From: an uncultured Bacilli bacterium
GTDB lineage: Bacteria; Bacillota_I; Bacilli_A; RF39; UBA660
Assembly (NCBI GenBank): GCA_934102055.1
Contig: CAKOSE010000004.1
Location: 1 to 53,665 of the forward strand
Direction: 5' to 3'
DNA: 53,665 nucleotides
The notes beneath the pieces are model-generated. The model was not told the DNA's origin. It made no database searches and was given only the letters and a program-made list of their open reading frames with translations. Made by a program: the position numbers and the translations under genes. Positions 51,127 through 53,665 of this stretch are shown one piece after another. Position 1 is the stretch's first letter. Every line of letters starts with the position of its first letter.

Positions 51127-53553
51127 CTATTCTTTTGATATTATCCAATATCTTGTTGTAGCCGGAACAACAACCTCTTCAAAATCAAACAATTTAGAAT
51201 CATTACTTTTATTAGGATCTTGAACAAAAACTTGTCCGTCCTTATGAGAAGTTAAAACTATAAAATGACCACCGCTGGTAAATGGTTTTTTATTAGTTGC
51301 AGCAATAACTAGTTTTTTGCCACTATTTAATGCTATTAAAACTTCTTTATTGTTCGCTTCACTAACATCCAGTTGTTTAACACTCAAACCATATTTTTTC
51401 CCAGCTGAAGCAAAAAATGCATGTTTAGTTCCTGTTCCAGGTACGTAAAAATCATTCTTACATGAATACTTAGCCATTTCTTCTGGATTGTGTTCTTCGC
51501 CTAACAAAGAAGAAACTACAATAGCCATAGCAGTTGGCCCACAGCCAGAAACTGCAACATTATGCTCTCCTTTACCAGAACAATAAGCAACATTAGGGTA
51601 ATCACTTTGATAATATACTCTTATATTACCGTTGAATCCATCTCCTCCAATTGAACAAGTATTACCACCACCATTTATTTCTATACCATCCGCATAAAAA
51701 TATTCAAGTATTTCTTTATAAGTTTTACCTTGATCAGCTAAATAAGCGGCATAATTTTGACTCATTCCTCTACCATGTCCTGCGTCCTGTTTTGTTGTTA
51801 AATATTTTTCTGGCATAGTATAAGTTACTTTTTCAGAACCAGGAACTTTAATCGATGAACCTGTACATGAACCACTACTACATGTTCCTAAGAAAGAACT
51901 GTATTCAGAACTTATGGTATCTCCATTTAATGTAATCACTGAGTTTCCACCCTCTGAATAAGCTTTTTTTATTTCATCACTAACAAGTTCCATTTTTATT
52001 GCTGTTTGATCATATTCTGAATTTCTAATAGAGGAAGAACAATTATTTGTTCTTTTTATTGTATAAGTTTTGGCAGCAACCATTTGAGCTTTGATTGCCT
52101 CTGCTCCAACACTTGGATTTTCTGCACCCACAACCATCTGTATATAATCATCAAGACTAAACGTTCCAATCGGAAATTTATCAGGATCCTTATTATAACC
52201 ACTTGTATCGCCTTCTGGTCCTGGCACTACTGTAACACCATTAGGACAATAATCTTCAGATGAACTACTTGAACCAGTACTAGATACACAACAATTAGCA
52301 GAAGATGAACTACTACTAGTAGAAACATAACTATCGCTTGTATCATTAGCTTGAGATGCACTATCTCCTGCAAGTTCTCCTTTCCATTTGCTTCCACATT
52401 GGTTTTTGAAGTTTTCTCCTACAAGAGAAGAAACATTTTCTGCACCATTTTTTTCGTCTACACCAAAATATTGGTTTTGTAAATCATATTGTCTTTGGCC
52501 ATTATAAACAAACTCAAAATGTAAATGTGGTCCAGTAGAGTGTCCAGTATTCCCAGATTTTGCAATCATTTGTCCTTTTGCAACTTTATCCCCCACTTTT
52601 ACCAAAAGTTCTGAGTTATGTCCATATCTAGTAGAAATAGCATCGGTATGGGCAATTACTACAGAATTACCATAACCCCCTTCGACTCCAGCAAGTGTTA
52701 CGGTACCGGCTTGTACTGCATAAACAGGTGTTCCAGTCGGAACCCCTATATCTATACCTTCGTGTTGGCTTCCCCATCTAGGACCTGACCAACTTGTGAT
52801 TAGACCTTTATTAGCAAGTGGATGCTGAGAAGAACATGCAAAGTCTAACATATCTGCTGAACCTGTATAGCCCTCACCATTATAAGTACTGCTTCCTGAG
52901 GTACCACATAATGCTGAAAAACTAGCACCTGCTAAAGCAGCAAACAAAATATTGAATAAAAATAGTAATAATATTATCATTGGAACAATAATTATTATTG
53001 CAATTTTAGCTTGTATAGGTAAAATAGTCCATATTTTTTTTATACCTGTTTTAAAAGATTTGCCAATTTTTTCTTTTATTCCACCAGTTTTCTCTTTTCC
53101 AAGTGCTCCTTGCTGAGCTCCTCTTTTTCTGTTGAAAGGATTTAATCTAGAGGCTAAACCACCCTTTTCTTTTGAATTATTTTCCTTTTTTTCACCTGGT
53201 TTTTTATCATTTGCATCTCTAGGATCTTTACTTTTTTTATCACCTGCTCCTGGTAAAGGATTTTTATGTTCATTATCTTTCTTTTTATCTTTGTTGCCAT
53301 CTTTTGAATCTTTTTTATCTTTATCTTTTTTATCTAACCCATCTTTTTTCTTTTTATCATCTGGTTTTTCTTGTCCTCGCATTGGATTTCTTCCAAGGCC
53401 TGCATGGACTCCTCTCATTAAATCAGCTGCTGTGTTTTTAATATTTTGAGCAAAACCACCTCCATTGGCTCTCGGAAAGTTTTGCTCTTCCATTTGTTCT
53501 GGTTCTTCATTCATAATACCTTGATTATTAAAAGAATTATCTTCATTATTCAT
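51127..53553 (-). CDS. Membrane-anchored three-module cell-wall hydrolase: M23 (LytM) peptidase + SpoIID/LytB-like domain + C39-like cysteine peptidase domain
   Basis: Module order: a basic K/D-rich cytoplasmic tail of about 170 aa, then a TM. M23 motifs are HEGIDIGVPTGTPVYA and GNTGHSTGPHLHFE. A Ser-rich linker follows. SpoIID-like motifs are AIKAQMVAAKTYT and GHGRGMSQNYAAYLADQGKTYKEILEYFY. C39-like motifs are VSGCGPTAMAIVVSSL and GGHFIVLT. Confidence 0.8.
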   Translation of the reverse strand: MNNEDNSFNNQGIMNEEPEQMEEQNFPRANGGGFAQNIKNTAADLMRGVHAGLGRNPMRGQEKPDDKKKKDGLDKKDKDKKDSKDGNKDKKKDNEHKNPLPGAGDKKSKDPRDANDKKPGEKKENNSKEKGGLASRLNPFNRKRGAQQGALGKEKTGGIKEKIGKSFKTGIKKIWTILPIQAKIAIIIIVPMIILLLFLFNILFAALAGASFSALCGTSGSSTYNGEGYTGSADMLDFACSSQHPLANKGLITSWSGPRWGSQHEGIDIGVPTGTPVYAVQAGTVTLAGVEGGYGNSVVIAHTDAISTRYGHNSELLVKVGDKVAKGQMIAKSGNTGHSTGPHLHFEFVYNGQRQYDLQNQYFGVDEKNGAENVSSLVGENFKNQCGSKWKGELAGDSASQANDTSDSYVSTSSSSSSANCCVSSTGSSSSSEDYCPNGVTVVPGPEGDTSGYNKDPDKFPIGTFSLDDYIQMVVGAENPSVGAEAIKAQMVAAKTYTIKRTNNCSSSIRNSEYDQTAIKMELVSDEIKKAYSEGGNSVITLNGDTISSEYSSFLGTCSSGSCTGSSIKVPGSEKVTYTMPEKYLTTKQDAGHGRGMSQNYAAYLADQGKTYKEILEYFYADGIEINGGGNTCSIGGDGFNGNIRVYYQSDYPNVAYCSGKGEHNVAVSGCGPTAMAIVVSSLLGEEHNPEEMAKYSCKNDFYVPGTGTKHAFFASAGKKYGLSVKQLDVSEANNKEVLIALNSGKKLVIAATNKKPFTSGGHFIVLTSHKDGQVFVQDPNKSNDSKLFDFEEVVVPATTRYWIISKE

Positions 53554-53605
53554 CTACATCACCACACTTCAGTTTAACTATATATAATATATCATAAAAT
53601 TAGAT

Positions 53606-53631
53606 AAAAAAAAAGGAAAATCACTTTCCTT
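53606..53631 (-). terminator. Terminator of the upstream minus-strand gene
   Basis: Stem AAGGAAA / TTTCCTT with a 4-5 nt loop, followed by T8-9 on the minus strand. Confidence 0.6.
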
Positions 53632-53665
53632 AATTCATTTTATACTTTCTGTATAATACGTATGC
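53630..53665 (-). CDS. 3' end of an unidentified CDS entering from the right edge (...AYVLYRKYKMN-stop)
   Basis: Open frame from the window edge to TAA at 53632-53630, immediately followed by a terminator. Too short to identify. Confidence 0.3.
   Translation of the reverse strand, partial: AYVLYRKYKMN

Noticed and set aside
48881-53553. Conjugative-element or prophage origin of the hydrolase operon
   Set aside because: No relaxase, coupling protein, VirB4-like ATPase, integrase, capsid or terminase genes occur in the window. It cannot be excluded beyond the right edge, so it is not claimed.

Overview
AT-rich (by eye roughly 25-30% GC) chromosomal segment from an endospore-forming low-GC Firmicute. 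It uses the standard code (TGA as stop) and frequent GTG/TTG starts, and almost every gene is on the minus strand. The backbone is housekeeping with Bacillus-like gene order. Left block: hup, yutD/yunB, fdx, tex, tRNA-Met, rpmF, recO-yqzL-era-cdd-dgkA-ybeY, yqfD-yqfC, dnaE, an SPFH protein, rpe-rsgA-prkC-stp-rlmN and nfo. Right block: ylbD/ylbE, yqeY-rpsU, ffh, dtd-relA, comN-like, truB, mutL, sigK, a NUDIX hydrolase, tmcAL, two GNATs, dac and vanY-like. Several accessory islands sit inside this core. (1) Two paralogous genes for large Cys-rich surface proteins, about 31 kb apart in direct orientation. Each carries a 12-13 nt poly-G tract at the same codon position near its 5' end. The 12-G copy is intact (676 aa). 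The 13-G copy is frameshifted and has a second frameshift. This is the strongest candidate for an undescribed phase-variable system. The proteins carry FGE-sulfatase/C-type-lectin-like motifs and a SipW-type (TasA-like) signal motif. (2) A compact double-glycine bacteriocin locus: a C39-ABC exporter followed by two overlapping GG-leader peptides (one absent from the ORF track) and a tiny hydrophobic immunity candidate. (3) Four type IV pilin-like genes at two sites, with no assembly genes in view. (4) A cell-envelope operon led by an 808-aa M23 + SpoIID + C39-like hydrolase fusion, followed by paralogous type-I membrane proteins and a lipoprotein. (5) A decayed AAA_14/DUF4143 ATPase remnant beside the intact phase-variable gene. 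I saw no CRISPR array, transposase, integrase or reverse transcriptase.
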